Assembly: GCA_001275005.1 (NCBI GenBank)
Contig: JWZX01002901.1
Span: forward strand, 1-33,178
DNA: 33,178 bases
Direction of reading: 5' to 3'
Origin: Chrysochromulina tobinii
Lineage: Eukaryota
Made by a program: the position numbers and the translations under genes. Each line of letters begins with the position of its first letter. Position 1 is the first letter of the stretch. The notes below the pieces were generated by a model that did not search any database, had not been told where the DNA came from, and saw nothing but the letters and a program-made list of their open reading frames with translations. Shown piece by piece: positions 9,305 to 19,474 of this stretch.

Positions 9305-10965
9305 CTAGCCTGGAGAGATAGAAGGAGGGTCTGTCAGAGGCAAACTTGCCTCAGGAGCGTCTGCTAGAGGCAGAGGAGGAGCAGGACCAGGGCAGAGCAC
9401 TTTGGGCGCTGCCTCGAGAGCGCACTGTTCGCGCTGTTCGCGATCTGCCTCTGCCGCTGCCGCTGCATCTTTCGCTGCCGCTTCCTTGTCGGCCGCCTCC
9501 TCCTCAGAAGCTGCCTTCTCGGAAGCTGCCTTCTCAACCGCTGCCCTTCTCGGCTGCTTCCTTGTCTGCCCACCGCCTTTCTCATCTTGAGCGCTTCTGC
9601 CATCGCGGTTGCCATTGCCGCCTCCATCGCCACCGCCATCGCCTTCTCAGCCTCCGCCTCAGTCGCCGCCCTCTCGGCCGCCATTGCTTCTTCGGCCGCC
9701 GCCGCCTCTGCCGCCGCCGCCTCTGCCGCCGCCTTCTCGGCCGCCTCCTTCTCGGCCGCCGCCTCCTCCTCCGCCGCCTTCTCGGCCGCCGCCTTCTCGG
9801 CCGCCGCCTCCTCCTCCGCCGCCTCCTCTGCTGCCTTCTGCAGTGCGCGCAAGCTGGCTTCTTCCCCGGCCGTGAGCCCTATGGGCCGATCACCATCAAT
9901 GAGGAACGCAGAGGCGTCAAGGAGGAGCACCGGCGCTTGAGACGGCGCTCCGTTGATCGAGAGCGCCTTGGGCTTTCTAGGTAGCAAAATCTTGGCCTCG
10001 ACCTTGAAGGTCGAAGCCTCGAGGATGAGCTTGAGGTCGTTCGGGTCGCAATCGAACGGGTTGAGGTCGTTCGGGGTGCGGTCTTTGATGCCGACAAAGA
10101 CGGAAAACATGAGGTCCACAGCAATGGCATCCACCCCTCCGCCAACGCCCACCATGCGATACCCCTCGTGATCTAGCCACCCGAGCGAGACTGCTGCGCC
10201 CATGCCGACTCCCATCTTGAGGGTCATCTTACCGTCGACCTTGCACTGCCCTCCAATGTTGACTTTGATGCGCTGGGTCACGAGGGCGACGATGATGTGG
10301 ACCCTGGCGAGCAGCGCGTTGACTTTGTCGTCCGCTAGCCCCCTCTGTGCTTTGAGGCTCTGAAAGAAGGCTACGAGCGAGTCACCAGAGCCGATCAGCT
10401 CTTGCGCCACTTCAGCCCGTGCGTCACATTTGAACCCTTGGCCACCTCGCAGGTCATCCATGCCCGCGCCCACGGACAAGTTACCCAACGTCAAGCCTAC
10501 GCGGCACTGGGGCTTGAGTTGCATGCCCTGCGAACTGATGAACAGCGGCCCAACGTCAACATCCCACTTGTCGCTCTGCCTTGCCTGACTCGCGGCACCC
10601 ACGGCTGCCGCTGTTGCTTGACTCGCGGCACCCACGGCTGCCGCTATTGCTTGACTCGCCGCACCCGCCGCTGCCGCTGTTGCTTGACTCGCGGCACCCG
10701 CGGCTGCCGCTGTTGCTTGACTCGCCGCACCCGCGGCTGCCGCTGTTGCTTGACTCGCCGCACCCGCCGCTGCTTCTTTTGCCTTTATCACTGCGTCAAC
10801 GGCTGCGGCACTCGCTGCACCTGCTCTGCTTGAGAATTTACTCGCAAATCCTGACACACCCTGCGCCGTCGATACCAGCCGACCCATCGATGCAACAGAG
10901 ACCATTGGCATCGCCGTTGTTGCCAGAGGCTGTGCCCTGGTCTGCGCGCTGTTAACGTCCTTCAT
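9305..10965 (-). CDS. Hypothetical protein with 11-aa Ala-rich repeats, a beta-rich middle and an E/A/K coiled-coil tail; apparent frameshifts near 9545 and 9570 (uncorrected ORF ends at 9364)
   Basis: 533-aa ORF. The EKAA-type repeat pattern continues in shifted frames to a TAG at 9305-9307. Confidence 0.6.
10581..10775. repeat. 33-bp coding tandem repeat, about 6 copies ([11 protein letters not shown])
   Basis: Unit TTGCTTGACTCGCGGCACCCACGGCTGCCGCTG read directly from the sequence. Confidence 0.95.
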
Positions 10966-11220
10966 CGCGAGAGTCTAGAAAGAGCGAGCTTTGATTCTTC
11001 GAATCCCAAAGTGAAAGGACGTGAACCATTTTACATGTAAAGGGCGCACTGAGGAATTCCGGGTTTCGTGTTTTCCGCCGTGTCGATTTGTTGAAATGGC
11101 TGCGAATTATAAACATTGGCTGTGAAAAGGCAAGTTTGGCCCTCCCACCACCCACAGCCCGCCTGTGCCTCTCCTCCCACCTTGCGAGCGCGAGAGCGTC
11201 GCTTTTCTTCTGCACCCAAG

Positions 11221-14200
11221 ATGTCCGACACGACACTTACGCTCACGCCGGGGACGGGTGGTGGCCACGTAGTCACTCTCACTCCGCCGCAGACGGTTGC
11301 AAACGGCATTCAAGTGGGAAAGGGAGCCTATTGCTTCGTGATCGATGTTAGTGGCAGGTTTGTTGCCTCCTGTGCCCTTGGCGGCCCTCGTGGGTGGGCC
11401 GCGCACGGGCAACTCGACCGCTTACTTGGCTGGTACCGCCTCGCCCCTGCCACGCAGCATGAACGCCGCCGCGGAAATCACCACCGAGGACGGCGACAAG
11501 GTCAGCCACGGATGGTCACAGCTTGACATTGCCAAGCACTCGACCAACACCTTCGTCTCGTCGCTCGCGGCCGACGACTACTTCTGCGTCGTGACCTACT
11601 CGGACGGCGCCAACGTGCGTGCCCCGTGCCCCGCCCAGCCCACTGGCACGGGCTCTCGGACTAGGCCCCCTCCACCTCTGCGCGAACGGCACATCCCTCC
11701 CCTTCGGCAGCTCCCCTTGGGCGCCTCCCCTGGGGCACCTCCGCTGGGGCACCTCCGCTGGGGCACCTCCGCTGCACTCGTCTCCCCACGTCATCGCGCG
11801 CCGCTGAGCGCGCGCGCGGCGTTCCCACACGCCGACAGTAACCCCCCACGCCGACAGTAACCCCCCCCACGCCGGCTGCATCCCCCTCCCCCTTCCCCCT
11901 TGTGCAGGTGCTCATCGACTGGACCAAGTGCGACGCCGCGGGCATCGAGCGCTGCATCACGGCCATCCACTCGATGCGACCGGAGCGCTCGACCAACCTG
12001 ATGGCGGGGATCAACTCTGGCTTCGGCCAGTTCAAAAAGTTTTTGGACGTGGCAGGAAGCGACAATCTGGACAAGTACGCGCTGAGCCTCGTGATCACGA
12101 CCGACGGCATGCCCTCGGCGCAGTGGCACCCGGCGCGCGGCGCCTCGGGCTATGCCCCGCTCGTCAAGAACCTGCGTAAGGATCTCTCGAAGCTCCACCC
12201 GGCGGCCCCTCCCACCGTCACCACCATCGGGATCGGCTTTCAGCTGGTGAGCAAGCGCCGTCGCGAGCGCCGTCGCGGCTGCCCCCATCCGCTCCTTCGT
12301 TGCACCCTCCCTTTCCCCACTGTAGCCACCATCCGCTCCTTCGTTGCACCCTCCCTTTCCCCTCGCCTTGCTCTTCATCTCTTCATCCTCACCCCCTTAC
12401 CCCACCCCCGTCTCACCCCACCCCACCCTCATTCCATCCCCGTCTCACCCCACCCCACCCTCATTCCACCCCTTTTCACTCCCACCCCCTTCTCTCGCAA
12501 CCCTGTCCCACCGAGCTCGCCTGCTGACCTGCCGTCTCCGCTCGCGCCCGACGTTCACACCGACGTTCACACTCGCGCCTTACGTTCACACTCGCGCCCG
12601 ACGTTCACAGGACTCGGAGACCCTCACCTCGATGTCCGAGGTCTTCCTTCACATGCCCGACCCGGGTCAAATCGGGCCCTTCATCGTCAACCTCCTCGCC
12701 GCGGTGCGCTTGATTGCGCGTGATTGTGCGTGATTGTGCGTGATTGCACTGGATGGCACTGGATGGCACTGGATGGCACTGGATGGTACTGGATGGCAAC
12801 CTCCTCGCCGCGGTGGGCGTCGCCCTTGATGGCCTCTAATGACGCCCTTGATGGCCTCTGAGGATTGTCCTTTGAGTTCACACTAATGATCATTCACGGC
12901 CTCGCATTGCCCCCATCGCCCCCCGCCTCGCCTGTTCACACTAATGATCATTCACGGCCTCGCATCGCCCCCATCGCCCCCCGCCTCGCCTCCTCCCTCG
13001 ATCAGGTGCGCTCGACGGCCCGCTTGCCCACCCAGTCGGGCTCTGCAGCGAATGCGTGCGCCCTCCTCGTCGCACCCGCGAGCGCCTTCGACGCCGACGC
13101 CGCGCCCGGCTACGTCATCGAGCGCTCGCCCGCCGGGGTACGTGTTCTCCTCGGGCCGGTACTCTACGACCAGGTACGCGAGCTGCTCCGCCTCGCCTCG
13201 TGGCGCGCATGCAAGTGCTCACCACGGCGCGCCCACTACCCCCCCCTTCTCCCCACAGCCTCGCCACGTCGTCCTCAAGTCCAAAGCAGGAGAGGCGTTC
13301 ACAGTCACACTCGAGATGGGCGATCTGAGTCTGACGGTGGCCTCTGCCGACGCCGTCGCGTCGAACCCGACCCTCACCGCCGTCGAGGAGTTGCGCGTCA
13401 AGGCCATTCTCGCCATCAACAGTGCGCTCAAGCTCGGCGTCGCTGGCAAGTCGACGGCGGATGTGCAGGCGCCGCTCGCCGCCTTCGTGGCCGAGGCGCG
13501 GGCTTCCTCAGCCATGGGTGAGCCCGCGGTGATCGCGCTCGTGAGTACCCTCGAAAAGGAGGGGATGCTCGGATGTGATCAAGCGGACAAGTTCAAGAAA
13601 TGGGGCGCCCACTACTTCCGCACGCTGTCGTGCATGCTGCGCTACGAGCGCCGCTCCAACTTCCGGGACGAAGCCCTCCAGCACTTTGGACGCGACGTCG
13701 AGGGCAACGATGCCCTGTTCGAGAGCCAGTCGAACGCGGCGGAAAGCATCTTCTCGACGCTCAAGCCCCCCGAGCCTTCGCTCTTGCACCCGCCGCCGCC
13801 GCCGCCCTCCCACACCAGCTATGGCAGCAGCATGCCAGAGCCTCCCCGCGCTGCTCCTGCTCCGCGCATCATGGCGCTGCCGGACGAGTTCATGCGGGGT
13901 GGTGGCTGCTTCGGCCCCACGGCCACTGTGCAGCTCGCCACAGGGCGCGTCGTGCCGGTCACCGCGGTGTACGCGGGCGACACGTTACTCGGCGAGGGCG
14001 GCCGGCCCGCGCGCGTCGTGTGCGTCGTGCTGACGCCATGCCCCGGAGGGCGTGCTATGCTCACGCGGCTGCCCAACGGACTCGAGCTCACCGAATGGCA
14101 TCCGGTGCGCGATCGGAGTGGCCGTTGGCGCTTCCCGCACATGCTGGGCGAGCGCGTTGTCGTGAGCGCCTCGCACGTGTACAACTTCGTGCTGGAGCCG

Positions 14201-14383
14201 GGCCACCCGACCGTGCTCGTGGGCGGCGTGCCGTGTGCTGCCCTCGGCCATGGCTTGACGGACCCAATCGTGGCGCATCCGTACTGGGGCACGCGCGCGG
14301 TGATCGACGATATGATGAGCCAACCAGGCTGGGCGGAGGGGCGTGTCGTGCTCTCTCCCACTGCGGCCACCGAGCGCGCCTAG
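11221..14383 (+). CDS. vWA-Vwaint-Vint (Hint-domain) protein, 672 aa; exons 11221-11357, 11458-11614, 11908-12246, 12611-12703, 13006-13173, 13259-14383
   Basis: Splicing five GT-AG introns gives one open frame. vWA: MIDAS DVSGS, TNLMAGI, TDG, TTIGIG. Vwaint: KKWGAHYFRTL...NFRD. Hint/Vint: GGG-CF, LTEWHP, VYNFVL, LGHG...HPYWGT. Confidence 0.9.
12704..13005 (+). other. Intron 4 of the vWA-Vint gene, with decamer repeats and internal duplications
   Basis: GTGCGC donor; (GTGATTGTGC)n then (CTGGATGGCA)n; 58-nt tandem duplication at 12876-12991; ends CCTCCCTCGATCAG. Confidence 0.85.
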
Positions 14384-15023
14384 AGCTGTGGGAAGCACGC
14401 TGTGGGAAGCACGATGCCTGCCCTACTCGAGCACGCCCTTAACATGGCATTGGGAAGCACCAACTGCCCCCGCTGGCGTTGTGTTGGGCATCCAGAGGCG
14501 CACAGACACGCACAAACACGCTGGGGTGTCACACGTGGGGTGGGATCGAGCGCGCCGTCGGTGGCATGGGATGGTAGCGCGCCGCGAGGCATGGCATGCC
14601 GCGGGGATGGCTATGCTTCTTAGGTCGCCGTGCTCAACATGGCGCGAGACCTGGCCAGCATGCTCAACATGGCGCGAAAAAGAGGGCGTGTCGTATGGCA
14701 GAGTGGTGAGAGCCGTGCAGGCACGAGGTGCATGTTGATCGTGCATGGGGACCTGCGAGTTTCGCCTGTCGGGCGGCTGTGTCCGCACAACACGGGAGAT
14801 GATACAACCATCAGCGAGGGCCGAGGGCACAGGCTGGGAGGGCCCGGGGGCTCTGAGAATAGTGGCTCTGAGACATACATGTAGTCGAAGTGTCGGACAT
14901 GGGACATTCTCACTCTCAGTGGCGGGGTCTCGTTTGACTTGACTTGACTTGACTAGATGTGTTGTGATGACGTGATGAAGATCACAGATTTTTTCTCCTT
15001 CCTTTTCCCAGCAAACCAGCAGC

Positions 15024-15872
15024 ATGCTCGCCCTTTTCAGCGCGCCAATTGCGCTCCGCATCGGTGGAGAGTGGGCGGGCTGGAGCTGTAGCTTCAACTC
15101 GGCATCCGCGGCTGTTCAGCGCATTCCGGAGAAGTACTGCACCAAAGACATGATCGCTTATGACACGGTTCCTTGGGGCTTTGAAGAGCTTACGACTGAG
15201 GGTGGCGCAAGCCGTCGCACCGTCCGCCTGCTGCCGGCGGCCGCAGGATGAGACAGCATCGACGATCTCGGAGCCTTGACGAGCCGCACGGATCTTCCCA
15301 CATCGCCTGCGGGTGATTCTTCGGCTTGCGCCATTGACAAACTGGTGAGCTCGCCTCTCTGGCGGATCGAGTCCGTCTTCGATGGTCTCGGTGGCGATCC
15401 TCCCCGCCTTCGGCGCGGCGCTCGGCCGAGTCTCGCCGAGCGGACGCGGGTCTTGCTCGTCTTCGACGCCGCCGGGGGAGTGCTGGTGCCCGACCTCCCG
15501 GTCCAAATTTGGCAGGAGCGCCAGTGGAGCTTGGAGCCTTCTGCAGAGCTGACGTTTCGAGAGCGCAAGGCAGACGGTTCATACGATCGCTTAGACGGCA
15601 GCGGCTTGAAGAGGAGCGGCATCGAAGGCGGCTGGGTTTCGAGCGCTGTTGGTTACGCCTGCTTTGGAGACAGCAACGCTGCAAGGAAGCCGCCTCGAGC
15701 ACCACCCACAGCCGGATTGTTCTCGATTTCCTTGGCGGGAGGGATTGATGTGCGAGGCGCGCCGGGGCTGCTCGAGGTCGCTTGCACGAGTGCGGAGGGC
15801 CGCGAGTTGAAGCTTCGAAGGACCGACTTCGATGCCGACAGAGGCGTGTGCCTTGCGGAGCGTGTCAAGTAA
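15024..15872 (+). CDS. Candidate selenoprotein, 282 aa, in-frame TGA at codon 76 (15249-15251); possibly plastid-targeted, function unknown
   Basis: ORFs 15024..15251 and 15276..15872 share a frame and the only interruption is TGA in RLLPAAAG-U-DSIDDL. SECIS-like hairpins follow the TAA. Short hydrophobic N-terminus. Confidence 0.72.
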
Positions 15873-15952
15873 CAGTGCTATGATGGCCCTATGTTGAACC
15901 TATGTTGGGCCTAGAACCTCGCTAAACGCATCTTCCCTGGCCGCACAATTGG

Positions 15953-16002
15953 ATGACGGCGTAACACTCGTCAAGCTTGCACGAAGCTGAGCGACGCCCG
16001 AG
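15953..16002 (+). promoter_or_regulatory. Putative SECIS element (form 2-like)
   Basis: AUGAC/CGAG core, GGCGU/ACGCC stem, CUCG/UGAG stem, unpaired AA, apical mini-stem GCUU/AAGC. Folded by eye only. Confidence 0.55.
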
Positions 16003-16802
16003 TGAATATCGTAAGCCGCGGAGCATGCGTTAACGCGTACGGCGCGGTATACCGTATACCGCATGTCCGCATCGCAAACCGCATCGGCACACCGCGCGCT
16101 CGGGACGACGAGTGCGTCACGTAGTTTAGTGTTTACGTTGCGTTGCGCGGCTTTCACTTTGCGAGCGCCGGAGCGGAAAGAACCTGTGATCAAAACAGCG
16201 TCATATAATGAATTGTATCTCGAATCTCGACTCCGGTTACGCCTCGCGCGGGGTCCCCGGGGCGATCCGGTCGCCGGCGCCCTCGAAGCTCGGTGTCGAC
16301 TGTCGTGCGGACTCGTGTACTAGTCACACGCCTAGTACACAGACATCACGCGTCTACTTTGTTATCAGCAACAGTCACGCACGGTCTCGCGACGGACCGC
16401 GGTGTTACGCGTCCGCTCGCGATTAGGCAGGCTATTACGACCGCTACCATACGCATGCATAGCGCAGGTGCCACACCGGACACAGACGCCAAGCGGACAC
16501 GACTCGACTCCGTCGAGCCTGCCAGGCAGATGTGTGTGCGCGCACACTGAAACAGCTATGACTCTGTGCTACTTTGATTGCGGCTTGTGATGCACGCAGG
16601 CGCATGCTTGCGCTCTGAGGTGCACCGCCAGGTGCACACGCGGTGCACACAGGTCGGGACCAAGAGCGCGGGCCTTGCGTTGGTTGGACCAACACGAGAC
16701 TCAAGGGAGCTCCAGCTTCCGCTCGTCTGGGATCTCGGGTGCTTCGAATGGTAGGCACTCACGTCCCACGGCTGAAGGGAGCTCCAGCTTCAGCTCGTCT
16801 CC

Positions 16803-17672
16803 TCATTGGCTCACCTCGTGGCACACCCGGCGCCACTCCTCGAGCTCTCGAGCGGCTTGATCCTTCGAGATTGGGGCCATGTACTGCGGTCGCCACATCC
16901 TCCGTGCCCTCGAGCAGAAGCCGACGTTTTGGACGCCATTGAGATGGGCAGATGCCTCTAACAGGGCCGCAAGGCCCTTGCCGCAGTCCGTTGCACAGCC
17001 CGGTCCGCAGCCCTTGGGTTTGCGGGCATACGGTGTTTCATGCCGTATTTTCTCTTTGGGGCGCGTGTGCGTGCGCATGTGCGTACGCTTGTGCATCGTG
17101 AGGTCGCTCGACGTTGGGAAGCGCTTGTCGCAGTTCTCGTTGTCGCAGCCATACGGTCTCTCACCCGTATGCGTGCGCTGGTGCGACTTGAGGTTGCTCG
17201 CTTGCGAGAAACTCTTGCCACAGCCCTCATAGTCGCAGGCATATGGCTTCTCACCCGTGTGCGTGCGCATGTGCGTCGCCCGGTGGGTTGTGTCCATGAA
17301 ACGCATGTCGCAGCCTTCAAACTCGCAGGCAAACAGCCTCTCACCCGTATGTGTGCGCGTGTGTGTCCTGAGGTTGCTTGATTGCGAGAAGCGTTTGCCG
17401 CAACCCTCGTAGTCGCAAGTATACGGCAGGTCGTTGGTGTGCGTGCGCTTGTGCGTCGTCAGGTGGCTCGAGTACGAGAAGCTCTTGAGACAGCCCTCAT
17501 AGTCGCAGGGAAACGGCTTGTCGCCAGTGTGCACGATCCCATGCCTCTTGAGATCATATCGCTTCAAGAAGCTCTTGCCGCAGCCATCGTGCGCGCAGAC
17601 GAACAACTTGTAGGATACTATCGGGTGCACCTCCGGCAAAGGGTCGGGAGGCAAGGTCGGGTCCACGTCCAT
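16803..17672 (-). CDS. C2H2 zinc-finger protein with six tandem CX4C fingers; 3' end may be spliced
   Basis: Six C-x4-C...H-x3-H fingers joined by TGEKPY-type linkers; first ATG at 17672. Confidence 0.9.
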   Translation of the reverse strand: MDVDPTLPPDPLPEVHPIVSYKLFVCAHDGCGKSFLKRYDLKRHGIVHTGDKPFPCDYEGCLKSFSYSSHLTTHKRTHTNDLPYTCDYEGCGKRFSQSSNLRTHTRTHTGERLFACEFEGCDMRFMDTTHRATHMRTHTGEKPYACDYEGCGKSFSQASNLKSHQRTHTGERPYGCDNENCDKRFPTSSDLTMHKRTHMRTHTRPKEKIRHETPYARKPKGCGPGCATDCGKGLAALLEASAHLNGVQNVGFCSRARRMWRPQYMAPISKDQAARELEEWRRVCHEVSQ

Positions 17673-17907
17673 GGAGGCGTCTCCGGTCTTCGGCGGACCC
17701 GGACCAGACGGCGTCTCAATTTGCGCGGGGGGGAAATTCGTGGCCGGATTTGGATTTCTCGCGCACTCATAAACACGTGGTCGCTTTTTTAGCCGCTGAG
17801 GAACTTCACTCGCCGACGGAGCCGTCGGCGTGTGTAAGAAGAGCAATAATCAGCCTGCGCTGCGCGCGAGGGGCGCGGGGTCCGGCGGCATATATGCCTG
17901 CGCGCTT

Positions 17908-19119
17908 TCAACGCAGCTCGAGCTTCTCCTCCTGGTCGGGCTCGGCATCCTCGCCCTCCATGTGCACGACGTGCACCGACCAGCTGTCCATGCCCTTGGC
18001 AGCCCTCTCCAAGCGGACGACTTGCCCCTCGCACGCGGCAGTGCGCTGAGGGCAAGAGGGCGAGGGCGGTGCGCGAGCGGACGGATCACAATAATAGTTC
18101 CCCGAAGCGCGGAAGGAACGTCCGAGTGCAGAGTCGAGCGCGACGAAGGCGCCCCCACACTGCACACGGACGTCATTCGCTGGCGTGTGGCCCACGGCGA
18201 TACGTCGGAGTCCAAGCGTGCTGAGCACGCGCACCACGCGGGCACATCCGCGCCGCTGGTCATGGAGCCCGCGGTACTCGACGAGAGAGGAGACGGCCTC
18301 GAGGGCTGCGGACTGGGCGAGGGCGGCGGCGGCAGCAGCGTCCGAGGCAGCGGTGGAGGGGTCCTCGCCAGTGGAGGCCGCCGCCCATGTCGCATTGTGC
18401 CATGCCTCGTGAAGGTATGATGCGAGCCCGGCGGCGGAGCTGATGTGATGCTCATCAAGCAAGGCTGGCGGCACGCCCCCATGGACGAAGAGCGTGTCGC
18501 CGAGCACGGCCGTCACCGGCCTCTGCTGCAGCCACGCGCCGAGCGGCGTGCTCGGCGCGACGCCCGCAAGGTACGCTGCCTGCCACCGCTTCAGATGCTC
18601 GGTGGTCTCGCGCTGCGCGTCCGCTGCCACGAAGTGCACAATCGAGTGCGGATGGTCAGGAGCCATCCTCACCTTCGCTTGCAGCCCCTGGGCATACACC
18701 TCCTGCAACGCCGCGTACAGCGCAGACAGCGTGCGCTGCTCGGCCTCAGACGGACTCCCACCGATGGCACCTGACAGCCATGAAGAGTACTGCGCCGGGT
18801 GGGCTGCCGCGTAGGCGTAATCGAGGTAGCGGTCGCCGGGTTGGCGGGTGCGATCAATTAAGAGATTGAGCTCGTGATTGCCCAGGAGAGCGGTCACGCG
18901 CTCAGGGAACTCCACCGTGAGGCGATGCACCAGCTCGAGCACGGCTCGTGAGTCGGGCCCCTTGTCTATGTAATCTCCCAAGAAGATGAGGCGCGATCGC
19001 TCATCGAGCCACTGCCAGGACGTGAGGTTGACCGCGCCGGTGCGACGCAGCCACGCGCGAGCGCAGTGCACGTCACCGTGCAGGTCGCCGATGGCCCAGA
19101 TGACGTCGGCCATGGCCAT
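17908..19119 (-). CDS. Shewanella-like (SLP) PPP-family metallophosphoesterase
   Basis: GDLHGD, GDYIDKGP, GNHE, FVHGG and VGHT motifs, plus a downstream LDSALG motif similar to the SLP-type (I/L/V)D(S/T)G motif. Confidence 0.85.
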   Translation of the reverse strand: MAMADVIWAIGDLHGDVHCARAWLRRTGAVNLTSWQWLDERSRLIFLGDYIDKGPDSRAVLELVHRLTVEFPERVTALLGNHELNLLIDRTRQPGDRYLDYAYAAAHPAQYSSWLSGAIGGSPSEAEQRTLSALYAALQEVYAQGLQAKVRMAPDHPHSIVHFVAADAQRETTEHLKRWQAAYLAGVAPSTPLGAWLQQRPVTAVLGDTLFVHGGVPPALLDEHHISSAAGLASYLHEAWHNATWAAASTGEDPSTAASDAAAAAALAQSAALEAVSSLVEYRGLHDQRRGCARVVRVLSTLGLRRIAVGHTPANDVRVQCGGAFVALDSALGRSFRASGNYYCDPSARAPPSPSCPQRTAACEGQVVRLERAAKGMDSWSVHVVHMEGEDAEPDQEEKLELR

Positions 19120-19474
19120 TTGTCTCCACGAGGAGCGAAGACGACGCGTGAGCCTGGTGTGAACGTGAAATCAGCAACTTAGCTACCGTTGCTAGCTTGA
19201 CATTATCCGCTAGTCTGACATGGAATCATACATGTGGACGTGCCCTTACGGTAGGAAGGTGGATCAAGACACAAGCGGTGGCCGAAGGGCAGCCGGGGCC
19301 GATCCGAGCTCCGAGATCGGCAGCGTCAAACCCTCACTCCGAGTATTAACAGCCCATTCACACTGAATCACTGATTCACATCCTCAGAAAAATGCTTCTC
19401 TCTTTGCCAGCGGGGCCGGCGCGCGCCTCGGTTTCAGTCTAACGACCGCCTATCGGGACCGAACGCCAACTGCA

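Noticed and set aside
14384..14680. Short direct repeats after the Vint gene (GCTGTGGGAAGCAC x2, TGCTCAACATGGCGCGA x2)
   Set aside because: Ordinary local duplications; they do not bound a recognisable element.
16315..16360. Helitron 3' end (GTGTACTAG/CTAGTACAC hairpin)
   Set aside because: The 9-bp stem is real, but it is followed by CTAC rather than CTRR and no 5' end is identifiable.
15892..16373. Solo LTR (TGTTG...CAACA)
   Set aside because: No matching TSD, and the left part is better explained as the 3' UTR with SECIS-like hairpins.
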